Assembly (NCBI GenBank): GCA_040755995.1
Contig: JBFMAF010000004.1
Coordinates: 70,117 to 134,116 of the forward strand
Length of the DNA: 64,000 nt
Reading direction: 5' to 3'
Source: Acidobacteriota bacterium
GTDB taxonomy: Bacteria > Acidobacteriota > CAIWXX01
The notes beneath the pieces were generated by a model, which was given only the letters and a program-made list of their open reading frames with translations, had not been told where the DNA came from and did no database searches. Shown here in pieces: positions 1 through 8,202 of the stretch. The position numbers were made by a program, and so were the translations under genes. Position 1 is the first letter of the stretch; each line of letters opens with the position of its first letter.

Positions 1-1
1 G

Positions 2-889
2 ACGGTTCACGAGAACAACTCGATCGCTTATTTCGACGACAAGGAATCGATGGTCGTCGACACGAGCTCCACCAGCCCATACCGTGGATACGTCTATGTC
101 GGGTGGGACGACGCGGGAACCGGCACGATGTACGTAAGCCGATCCACCAATGGAGGCGCCGATTTCCAGACCCCCGTCGTCGTGGACACCAACGGTTCGC
201 CTATCGCCATCGTCATGGTTGTCGCTCCCAGCGGCTACGTGTACGCCTTCTGGTATCGGTCGATCGAGCTCAGGCCGGCTGAGATCGTGTGCTCTAGATC
301 CACCGACGGAGGGGCGATCTGGAGCGCTCCGCGGCGCGTCGCCGAGGATCGCGCCACGGGGGTGCCCGAGCTGCGCACCGGCGACATCGTGCCGATGGCG
401 GCGGTGGATGCGCGGACCGGGGCCCTGTACGTTGTCTGGCAGGACGCGAGATGGACACCTGGGGTTGACCAGGTACTGCTCTCCCGCTCCACCAATGCGG
501 CCGCGTCCTGGAGCACCCCGGTGCGAGTCTCCGACGGCCCCAACGACGCGGCAAACTTCACTGCCGCAGTCGCGGTGTCAGGAGAAGGCAAGGTGGGAGT
601 GTGCTACTACTCCTTGCGGAATGATCCGGCGCGGAGATACCTGGTGGACGAGTACATGGCGATATCATCGGACAAGGGAAAAACGTTCGGCGCCGGCAGA
701 CGCGTGAGCAAGGCGACGTTTGATGTGCGCCTGGCGGCCCAGGCGCGCGGCTACTTCCTCGGCGATTACCAGGGAATCGCGGCAGGCGCCAGGGTGTTCC
801 ATCCGTTCTTCGTCGCCACGCTCAGGAATTCTGTCGAGGAACCATCGCACAAGCAGCCGGACACATTCGCATCGAGAGTGATCCCGTAG
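2..889 (+). CDS. BNR/Asp-box (sialidase-like) beta-propeller protein, 5'-partial
   Basis: Frame is open from base 2 (TVHENNSIAYFDDKESMVVD...). Repeated SRSTxGGxxW/F Asp-boxes and a C-terminal GDYQG motif. Confidence 0.75.
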   Translation, partial: TVHENNSIAYFDDKESMVVDTSSTSPYRGYVYVGWDDAGTGTMYVSRSTNGGADFQTPVVVDTNGSPIAIVMVVAPSGYVYAFWYRSIELRPAEIVCSRSTDGGAIWSAPRRVAEDRATGVPELRTGDIVPMAAVDARTGALYVVWQDARWTPGVDQVLLSRSTNAAASWSTPVRVSDGPNDAANFTAAVAVSGEGKVGVCYYSLRNDPARRYLVDEYMAISSDKGKTFGAGRRVSKATFDVRLAAQARGYFLGDYQGIAAGARVFHPFFVATLRNSVEEPSHKQPDTFASRVIP

Positions 890-1120
890 GCCGTCGCGCG
901 CGCGTGCAAAGCCCGGATCCGGTGCCGTCCAAGTTGTGGGGTCCCACCAGAGGCAAGGGCGGTGAGCAAGACGCAGAAGGGTTGCTGCGCTTGACTGAGG
1001 TGCATTCGTAGCCAGGCGTGATGGGGCGTGCGAGGACACACGCCCGCTTTCGGCGGCCAATTACACGAGCCGCGCCGCCGGCTGGTTGTGGAGCGGGAGT
1101 GGAGGTGGTCGAGCTCGCTG

Positions 1121-1438
1121 CTAGGGGATAGCCCGTTCGACGCTGGCAGCCGGGCCTCTCTTCTGCTGCTGGTAGCAACTCGAGCAGTAGACGGGCCTGC
1201 CCTGGGTCGGCTTGAACGGGACCGTGGTTTCCTTGCCGCAGGAAGCGCAAACAGCCGTGGTTCTCACCTTGTCTCGCTTGGCGGTGTCGGTGCGGGTCCC
1301 GCGCACAGCCTTGCACTCCTTGCAGCGTTTCGGTTCGTTCTGGAAGTTCTTCTCGGCGTAGAAGAGCTGTTCGCCTGCGGTGAAGATGAACGGTTTCCCG
1401 CACTCGACACACGTCAGCGTCTTGTCCCTGTATTCCAT
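1121..1438 (-). CDS. Double zinc-ribbon protein (zf-trcl plus CxxC-x17-CxxC type)
   Basis: DKTLTCVECGKPFIFTAGEQLFY...PKRCKEC and CASCGKETTVPFKP...PVYCSSCY; AGGAG RBS; directly downstream of rpsU. Confidence 0.85.
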   Translation of the reverse strand: MEYRDKTLTCVECGKPFIFTAGEQLFYAEKNFQNEPKRCKECKAVRGTRTDTAKRDKVRTTAVCASCGKETTVPFKPTQGRPVYCSSCYQQQKRGPAASVERAIP

Positions 1439-1461
1439 CCTCGATGCTCCTTGGGTACGAT

Positions 1462-1659
1462 CTACTCGGCCTCGCGCCGCTGCTTCTTCCGGCTGCGCTT
1501 CCGTGCGAGTGCCTGTTTCACCCTTTTCTTCTCACCAGGCTTCAAGTAGTACGAATGTCTCTTGATCTCCTTGATGATGTCCTCTTGTTGGACTTTCCTC
1601 TTGAATCTCCGGAGAGCGTTCTCGATGCTCTCGCCCTCCATCAGCTTAACTTCCGCCAA
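1462..1659 (-). CDS. rpsU: 30S ribosomal protein S21
   Basis: ESIENALRRFKRKVQ...EIKRHSYYLKPGEKKR signature; TTG start with AGGAGG RBS. Confidence 0.95.
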   Translation of the reverse strand: MAEVKLMEGESIENALRRFKRKVQQEDIIKEIKRHSYYLKPGEKKRVKQALARKRSRKKQRREAE

Positions 1660-1922
1660 ACGCTAACACCTCCTTGAACTCACCGCTTCGAAACGAAGCT
1701 TATAGATAGTATGGATGTGATGAAGGTGTCAAGTCGCCTGGTCTGCCTGTCGCCGTCACAGTAGTGCGGGCATGCGGTGTCGGCCGGGTCGGCGGGGCGG
1801 ATTGGGATTTCTTCGCGCCTCACGTCGACATCCACCTCCACGAATGCGGACACAGCGGGGGCTCTTGCGGAGCCGGCCGAAACATAGCAGAATCCGTGTG
1901 CATGCGAGGAAGGGGGACAGGA

Positions 1923-2504
1923 ATGAGCGCGGCGACTCGGAGGAAGTTGGCGAAGGTCAGCCACCATTTCAGGGAGATCATCAAGGCGCTGGATTTGGAT
2001 CTCCAGGATCAGAACCTGACGGACACGCACAAGCGGGTGGCACAGCTCTATCTCGAGATGTTCCAGGGACTCGAAGAGGGCAGCGCGCCCCGGTTCACCA
2101 CGTTCCCTAACAAAGAACGGTACTCGAGCATGGTGTTCGTCAAGGATATTCCATTCTACTCGATGTGCGCACACCACTTCGTGCCGTTCTATGGCAAAGC
2201 GCACATGGGGTACATCCCGAAGGACAGAATCCTGGGGATCAGCAAGCTGGCGCGCCTGCTCGAGTTCTACGCCAAACGCCCGCAGGTGCAGGAACGGCTG
2301 ACGGAGCAGTGCGTGGACTACCTCTGGAACACCCTGAAACCGCTAGGGGCGATGGTCGTAATCGAAGCGCACCACCTCTGCATGGAGATGCGAGGCGTGA
2401 AGAAGCCCGGGAGCATAACGGTCACGTCCGCCATTCGCGGATGCTTCGAGGAGAAGGAGGTGCGCGAGGAGTTCCTGGATCTGCTGGACCGCCCGTCATG
2501 GTGA
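1923..2504 (+). CDS. folE: GTP cyclohydrolase I
   Basis: FYSMCAHHFVPFYG, GISKLAR, QVQERLT, HLCMEMRGV motifs; start moved to the ATG at 1923 behind a purine-rich RBS. Confidence 0.95.
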   Translation: MSAATRRKLAKVSHHFREIIKALDLDLQDQNLTDTHKRVAQLYLEMFQGLEEGSAPRFTTFPNKERYSSMVFVKDIPFYSMCAHHFVPFYGKAHMGYIPKDRILGISKLARLLEFYAKRPQVQERLTEQCVDYLWNTLKPLGAMVVIEAHHLCMEMRGVKKPGSITVTSAIRGCFEEKEVREEFLDLLDRPSW

Positions 2505-2607
2505 GCATCCGGCTTCGTATGACCACCGGCCGCGGGTGTCCGGCGATTGCCACTACCTTCTTCAGCAACCGGAAGCCAGCCGGCGTCTTGTACCGCTGGG
2601 ACTGAAC

Positions 2608-3429
2608 ATGATCGGCTCGACGCCCGTCGTCCGTCTGGAACGGAAATTCTTCTTCGAGGCATCGCACCGTCTGTTCGTGCCGTCGCTCACCGAGGACGAG
2701 AACAGGGCCCTCTTCGGGCGCCGCGCCGGCCGGTTCGGCCACGGGCACAACTACGAGGGCTCGGTCACAGCGATCGGACCCATCGATCCACGGACCGAGT
2801 TCCTCGTCAACATCGCGGATCTGGACCGAGAGATACGCGCCGTCGCCAAGACCGTGGATCACAAGTATCTCAATCTCGATGTCGAAGGCTTGCGAGGCTC
2901 CAACCCCACCTGCGAGCAGCTGGCGCAGTATCTGTTCGAATGCTTCGCGACGCGGCTGCCGGTGGAACGGCTGGAGCTGATCGAGGACGTTACTACTACT
3001 GTAGAGTATTTTGGGGAGGGGTGTCCCATGCTGGTGACCCGCTGCTTCACGTTCAGCGCAGCCCATCGGTTGCAGTCCGCGCGGCTGTCAAAGGAGGAGA
3101 ACGAGGCCGTATTCGGCAAGTGCAACAACCCGTACGGACACGGGCATGACTACCGGATCGAGGTCACCGTCGAGGGGTCGCCGGATCCGGTAACCGGCCT
3201 GGTCGCGCCGTTGGGCGCTGTGGAGGCCGTGGTCGACCGCGAGGTGGTCGAGCCGATGGACTGCCGGCACCTGAACGAGGAAGTCGAAGAGTTCCGGACG
3301 CTCAATCCTACCAGCGAGAACCTGGCCGTCGTCATCTGGAACAGGCTCGACGGGAGGCTTCCGGCGAAGCTCCACCGCGTCCGCCTCTGGGAGACGCGCA
3401 AGAGCTGCTTCGAGTACCGCGGCGAATAG
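2608..3429 (+). CDS. Two-domain 6-pyruvoyl-tetrahydropterin synthase (PTPS/QueD family)
   Basis: Two tandem T-fold units: FEASHRL...HGHNY...DHKYLN...NPTCE and FSAAHRL...CNNPYGHGHDY...NPTSEN...WET. Confidence 0.88.
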   Translation: MIGSTPVVRLERKFFFEASHRLFVPSLTEDENRALFGRRAGRFGHGHNYEGSVTAIGPIDPRTEFLVNIADLDREIRAVAKTVDHKYLNLDVEGLRGSNPTCEQLAQYLFECFATRLPVERLELIEDVTTTVEYFGEGCPMLVTRCFTFSAAHRLQSARLSKEENEAVFGKCNNPYGHGHDYRIEVTVEGSPDPVTGLVAPLGAVEAVVDREVVEPMDCRHLNEEVEEFRTLNPTSENLAVVIWNRLDGRLPAKLHRVRLWETRKSCFEYRGE

Positions 3430-3481
3430 CCGCGTCCCTCTGCGAGGCCCGCGACGACTCGCTACGGGTATTCTCCCCGCG

Positions 3482-5542
3482 TCAGGGTGTCTCCGCGCCT
3501 GCGGAGAGAAAGGCGCCCAGCCATCGCCGGTCACGCGATGCCGGATCGCGATCCGAGGGCCGGAATCCGTCGGGTATCTTGTACACAATCTCGAATGCGC
3601 TGGCTCTGTCGCCCTGGTCCATGTGGAGCGGCAGGGTGAGAATCCCGGATGAATCGGGGAAGAACTCGCGGCCGTCGCATGTGATGACCAGGCCGCCGCG
3701 GTCTTGGACACGAAGCACGATCTCCGTCATCGACGCACTTGGGACCATCCACGCACGCCCCGAGACCGAGCCTCTCAGCCACAACCCGCCCGGCTCGACG
3801 TAAGCGTCTGCGCCGTCCAGAAGCTGGATCTCGACCGAGCCGAGCCTCGCCGTCTGGTAGACCTTGGGCCACGCGGCGGTCCAGACCAGCCAGGCAAAGA
3901 CGGTCGCGAACGCTGCGAGGCTCAGGCCGCCGGTTGCACCGGCTGTGGAACCGCGGCGGGCAGTCAGCAGCAACGCCGCCAGACAGACCAGGACGATAGC
4001 CGTATTCCGCCACTCGACGACGCCCGCTGTCGTCAGCACCGGGAGGTAGTCGCTGAGCTTGAAGAAGGGGGTGTCGAAGTAGAACGCGAGATTGCTGACC
4101 TCGCGACTCTCGGTGTAGATCAAGTTGTGGTAGAAGAGCGGGGCGGCCGCCAGGGTCGCGCACGCCAGCACACCGGTGCTCAGCAGCAGCAGCGTGCGTG
4201 TATAGACGTTTCGCCAATCCACCAGGCCGGCGGCCAACGGCAGGGAGGCCAGGGGGAGCAGCGGGAGCACCGGGCGGCCCGGCGGGCAGAACCCGCCCAT
4301 GTAATTGGTGTATGAGTAGAGGCCGAGGTGGAGCGCAGCCGGGAGAAGCACGACGACGTAGCGGCGCCGTTCTGTGGCGCGCGCCATCGCAACGGCTCCG
4401 AGAAGCGCGATGACGAGCGCGGGCGAGTAAAACAGGACTCCGCCCTTCTGGTCCACCAGGTCGGCAAGCAGCGTTTGCGGCATGTAACGGAGCTTCTCCA
4501 ATGTGTCGTGGGAGAAGTACCGTACGATGTTCTCGACAGGAGACTCCTTGGCCGCCACGGCGCGACCTCCGGCCGCCGCCGCCGGCGAGAACGAGCCGTA
4601 GAACACCCAGAGGAACATCTCGTAGGCGAGCAGGCTCGGGGTGGCCGCCAGGACGACCGCACCAATGGCGCGGGCGCCCCGGCGCCACGCGCGGAGGCGG
4701 CGGCAGTCCCACACTGCCTGGCCAACCAGTGCCAGCATCATTCCGAGCATCATCGCGTTGAACTTGACGCCGAACCAGGGGAGAAGCGAGGCCGTCGCCG
4801 AACAGACCGCCCACCGGGTAGGTGTCGAGAACATGAAAAGGAGGAAGACCGCGAAAAGGAGCGCGACGCCGGTCTCCGGGTAGACGAGGCCTGCGTAGTT
4901 CAGGATCGGCGGTGAGAGGGCCGTCAGCGATGCGACTCCCAGCGCGAGCCGTCGATCGACGGAGAGGGTGCGGAGGAGCAGGAAGAGCGCCGCGGCGAGC
5001 GTGGCGGCCACAATGGCCATGCCCAGCCGTATGGCGGCTACCAGCTTCGTCCCGCCGCCGAGGATACTACCCATGTAGTAAAATGGAACCAGCCAGACCG
5101 ACACCGCCACCCCGTGCACAGGATAGCCGGCTGCGTCGCGCCCTCGTGTCGTGCGCTGAAAGAGCTTTCCCGGGTAGAAATCCAGGTAGTCCCGGCGGGC
5201 GAAGTTGTTCTTCAGGCGGATGTCGCCGTCGCGGATGATGCTGGCGGTGGCCATCAGGTAGTTGGGCTCGTCGCCGGTGAACTCGCGAGTCTCGCCGAAG
5301 AGGCCGAGTGATGCTGCCGTGTAGATCGCGTAGGAGAGTATGGCGAGGGCCGCCGCTGCGTTTCGATCGCGGACCGCGCCCAGACGGTCGAATGGCAGCC
5401 GATCGCGCCACAATACGATCAGGGCGACGGCGGACAGCGCGAGAGTCCATCCGAAGGTGCTGTAGAAAAGCAGCCGCGACCAGAATGGATAGCTCGCAAG
5501 CGGCAGGAGAGCCAATCCGGTCTTCAGATAGTTCGCTCTCAT
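3482..5542 (-). CDS. Polytopic membrane protein, GT-C glycosyltransferase-like
   Basis: Many hydrophobic helices and a GDEPNY loop motif near the N-terminus; start uncertain (5542 or 5626). Confidence 0.55.
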   Translation of the reverse strand: MRANYLKTGLALLPLASYPFWSRLLFYSTFGWTLALSAVALIVLWRDRLPFDRLGAVRDRNAAAALAILSYAIYTAASLGLFGETREFTGDEPNYLMATASIIRDGDIRLKNNFARRDYLDFYPGKLFQRTTRGRDAAGYPVHGVAVSVWLVPFYYMGSILGGGTKLVAAIRLGMAIVAATLAAALFLLLRTLSVDRRLALGVASLTALSPPILNYAGLVYPETGVALLFAVFLLFMFSTPTRWAVCSATASLLPWFGVKFNAMMLGMMLALVGQAVWDCRRLRAWRRGARAIGAVVLAATPSLLAYEMFLWVFYGSFSPAAAAGGRAVAAKESPVENIVRYFSHDTLEKLRYMPQTLLADLVDQKGGVLFYSPALVIALLGAVAMARATERRRYVVVLLPAALHLGLYSYTNYMGGFCPPGRPVLPLLPLASLPLAAGLVDWRNVYTRTLLLLSTGVLACATLAAAPLFYHNLIYTESREVSNLAFYFDTPFFKLSDYLPVLTTAGVVEWRNTAIVLVCLAALLLTARRGSTAGATGGLSLAAFATVFAWLVWTAAWPKVYQTARLGSVEIQLLDGADAYVEPGGLWLRGSVSGRAWMVPSASMTEIVLRVQDRGGLVITCDGREFFPDSSGILTLPLHMDQGDRASAFEIVYKIPDGFRPSDRDPASRDRRWLGAFLSAGAETP

Positions 5543-5956
5543 CCTGTGAAGTGTATTGCACAGAGGGGCGCGGTGTGAAGTGCCGAACTTAGCCGGTTGC
5601 ATTGCCTCCGGCTCGACCACGGGCATCGCGATCGCTTCTCTCTCCGATCAAGGCGTGCGAACGCGCACGACAGGGCGTAGAGTTGTGTGGCTTTGAGTCC
5701 GGAATGCTCGGGGCGGAAGACATGTGAAGATTGAGCCGACCTGTTGAAGCGGCGCGTCAGCGTCACACCTGGGCTGTCCACTCTCCACTCTCTACTCTTC
5801 CTTCGAGGCCTCGCCTCGCTGACTGTTGAAGGCCGTCTCGCGGTTCTGGTATATTTCCCGAGCGCAGATGTGCCGACGGGAAGGAGGGCCTGCGGCGGAC
5901 GGAGTCTGGTGTGTTGGAGGTCCTGGGCAGCAGGCTGCTCAGACTCCGCGGGAATC

Positions 5957-6460
5957 ATGAGCAACAACATCTACCTGGTGGGTCCGATGGCGGCCGGCAA
6001 GACGACGGTGGGCAAGCTGCTCAGCCGTGAGCTTGGCTGGGGATTCGTGGATCTGGATTGCCTGGTAGAGAAGGGGACTGGGCATTCGGTGACCGAGATC
6101 TTCCGGGCTGAGGGTGAGGGGCGGTTTCGGTCGCTGGAGAAGGAGGCGCTGGTGGAGGCTGCATCGCGCAGCCAGCTCGTGGTGGCGCTGGGAAGCGGCA
6201 CGTTCGTGGACCCGGAGAACCGCGCGATCGCGATGGCCACGGGGCCCTGCGTCTTCCTCGACGCGCCTCTGGAGAAGATACTCGAGCGGGCGCGCGAGCA
6301 CGAGAGCCGCCCGCTGAGTGCCGGGATCGAGGACTTGAAGCGCATCATCGAATTCCGCCGGGCCTCATACATTCTGGCCGACATCCACGTGGACGCCGGC
6401 GCGAGTCCCGAAAGGGTTGTCGAGGCGATTCTCGAGAAAGTCGGGAAGGCGCGGGGATGA
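5957..6460 (+). CDS. aroK: Shikimate kinase
   Basis: NIYLVGPMAAGKTTVG P-loop, FVDLD, GEGRFRSLE, RPL. Confidence 0.93.
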   Translation: MSNNIYLVGPMAAGKTTVGKLLSRELGWGFVDLDCLVEKGTGHSVTEIFRAEGEGRFRSLEKEALVEAASRSQLVVALGSGTFVDPENRAIAMATGPCVFLDAPLEKILERAREHESRPLSAGIEDLKRIIEFRRASYILADIHVDAGASPERVVEAILEKVGKARG

Positions 6461-7200
6461 GGTATCTGATCTTCAGCGACATCCACTCCAATTTGGAGGC
6501 GTTGGAGGCGATGTTGGCCTGGTCGAAGCGGAAGAGGATCGACAAGTACGTGATGCTGGGGGATCTCGTGGGCTACGCCGCCTCTCCGAACCAGGTGGTG
6601 AGCCTCGTGCGGAAGCTACGCCCGCTGGAGATCATCCGGGGCAACCACGACAAGGTTGCCGCGGGTGTGGAGAGCGGGGAGGATTTCAACGCCGCGGCCC
6701 TGCGCGCCGCCACCTGGACCAACGGGAAGCTGACGAAGCCCAACCTGGGCTTCCTCCGTGATCTATCGAGGGGGCCTCGGACGGTCGACGGACGGTTCGT
6801 GATCTGTCACGGCACCCCGTTCGACGAAGACGCGTACATGTTCAGCGAATACGACGCGATGCAGGCCTTTGCTTCCTTCGATGGTGAGATCTGCTTCTTC
6901 GGGCACACCCACATCCCGAGGATCTACGTTCAGAACGGCTCGGGCGGCATCGGGTTTGCGCCGATACTGGGCGATGAGTCGCGGATCGAGCTGCAGAATG
7001 GGTATCGATACTTGATCAACCCGGGCTCGGTCGGCCAGCCGCGGGACAGAAACCCCAAGATCTCGTTTGCGGTCTTCGACGGCGACAGGCGTACGCTGAC
7101 GGTGTATCGGCGTCCGTACTCGATTGAGCGCGCGCAGTTCAAGATCGAGCGGGCGGCGCTGCCGCAGGTGCTCTCGGCGCGGCTCAGCGTAGGCGTCTGA
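6457..7200 (+). CDS. Calcineurin-like metallophosphoesterase
   Basis: SDIHSN, GDLVGY, GNHD, GHTH, NPGSVGQPRD; ATGA overlap with aroK. Confidence 0.92.
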   Translation: MRYLIFSDIHSNLEALEAMLAWSKRKRIDKYVMLGDLVGYAASPNQVVSLVRKLRPLEIIRGNHDKVAAGVESGEDFNAAALRAATWTNGKLTKPNLGFLRDLSRGPRTVDGRFVICHGTPFDEDAYMFSEYDAMQAFASFDGEICFFGHTHIPRIYVQNGSGGIGFAPILGDESRIELQNGYRYLINPGSVGQPRDRNPKISFAVFDGDRRTLTVYRRPYSIERAQFKIERAALPQVLSARLSVGV

Positions 7201-7297
7201 GCGGCCCGGCGATTCTCGCCCGGCGGTACAAACGCGGCAGAGCATCGCCGCCGAATCGGGGAAACCAGTTGGGGCGAATGTCGAGACGGGGTGGCGA

Positions 7298-7462
7298 CTA
7301 CTCCTCCTCGTCTCCGAAGAAGAAGAGGTCAGCGCAGATCTTGGAGCAGAACAGGCGCCCGTGGCGGTTGACCTGGCAATCCTCGCAGAAGAACTTGAAG
7401 CAGATGGGGCACTTCATCAGGCGCACTTCTTCGTCCGTTTTCTGACAGGTGACGCATTCCAT
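7298..7462 (-). CDS. Small Cys-rich zinc-finger-like protein (54 aa)
   Basis: MECVTCQ...CPICFKFFCEDC...FCSKIC...FFFGDEEE; RBS-like AAGGGG upstream. Confidence 0.7.
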   Translation of the reverse strand: MECVTCQKTDEEVRLMKCPICFKFFCEDCQVNRHGRLFCSKICADLFFFGDEEE

Positions 7463-7544
7463 CGCTTGTCCCCTTTTTGGTGTAATATAGCATAGCGCCC
7501 GGGCCGCTGCACGACTAGAAAGGGAGAGGACTTCTGACTGCGTC

Positions 7545-8015
7545 ATGAAGAAGAACGGTGGGGATCTCAAGGTGCTCGCCACCAACCGCAAGGCCCATCA
7601 CGATTATTTCATCCTGGAGACTTACGAGGCCGGCATGGCGCTGCTGGGCACCGAGGTCAAGAGCGCGCGGGAGGGGAAGATCAATCTCAAGGAAGCCTTC
7701 TGTGCCGCGCAGAGGGGCGAGCTGTTCCTCGAGAACTGCCACATCAGCCCTTACGGCCACGGCGGCTACCAGAACCACGATCCTCTCCGCCTCCGCAAGC
7801 TGCTGCTGCACAAGAGGGAGATCACCAAGCTCGCATCCAAGATCGCCGAAAGGGGGCTGACCATAGTCCCGTTGCGGGCGTACGTGAAGGACGGCAGGGT
7901 CAAGCTTGAGATCGGTCTGGCCAAAGGAAAGAAGTCGTGGGACAAGCGCGAGGACATCAAGCGGCGCGAGACGGATCGAGAGATACGCCGCGGAGCCAAG
8001 GACGTGGAGCGGTGA
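7545..8015 (+). CDS. smpB: SsrA-binding protein
   Basis: NRKAHHDY, EAGMALLGTEVKS, RKLLLHKREI, GKKSWDKRE. Confidence 0.97.
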   Translation: MKKNGGDLKVLATNRKAHHDYFILETYEAGMALLGTEVKSAREGKINLKEAFCAAQRGELFLENCHISPYGHGGYQNHDPLRLRKLLLHKREITKLASKIAERGLTIVPLRAYVKDGRVKLEIGLAKGKKSWDKREDIKRRETDREIRRGAKDVER

Positions 8016-8202
8016 GGGTGCTAGACTTCCGGCGCAATGCGAGGGACGCGGTGACGCGGAGAGTGGGAGACGCGGAGAGTGGCGAGTGGTCTCGCTGCCT
8101 GTCCGGGTGCTCGCCTCTGGCTGGCGGTCTAGTGGGGGCGGTCGGACCGGGCGTCGCGGAGCTGGTCGAGTGTAGTTACAAGAAACACGTGGAGGGTGGC
8201 AT

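Noticed and set aside
890..1120. Possible ncRNA between convergent genes
   Set aside because: Only short GC-rich stems; no family I can recognise.
8015..8200. tmRNA (ssrA) next to smpB; short GACGCGGAGAGTGG duplication
   Set aside because: No tRNA-like ends or tag reading frame, and the gap is too short; the repeat has only two copies.
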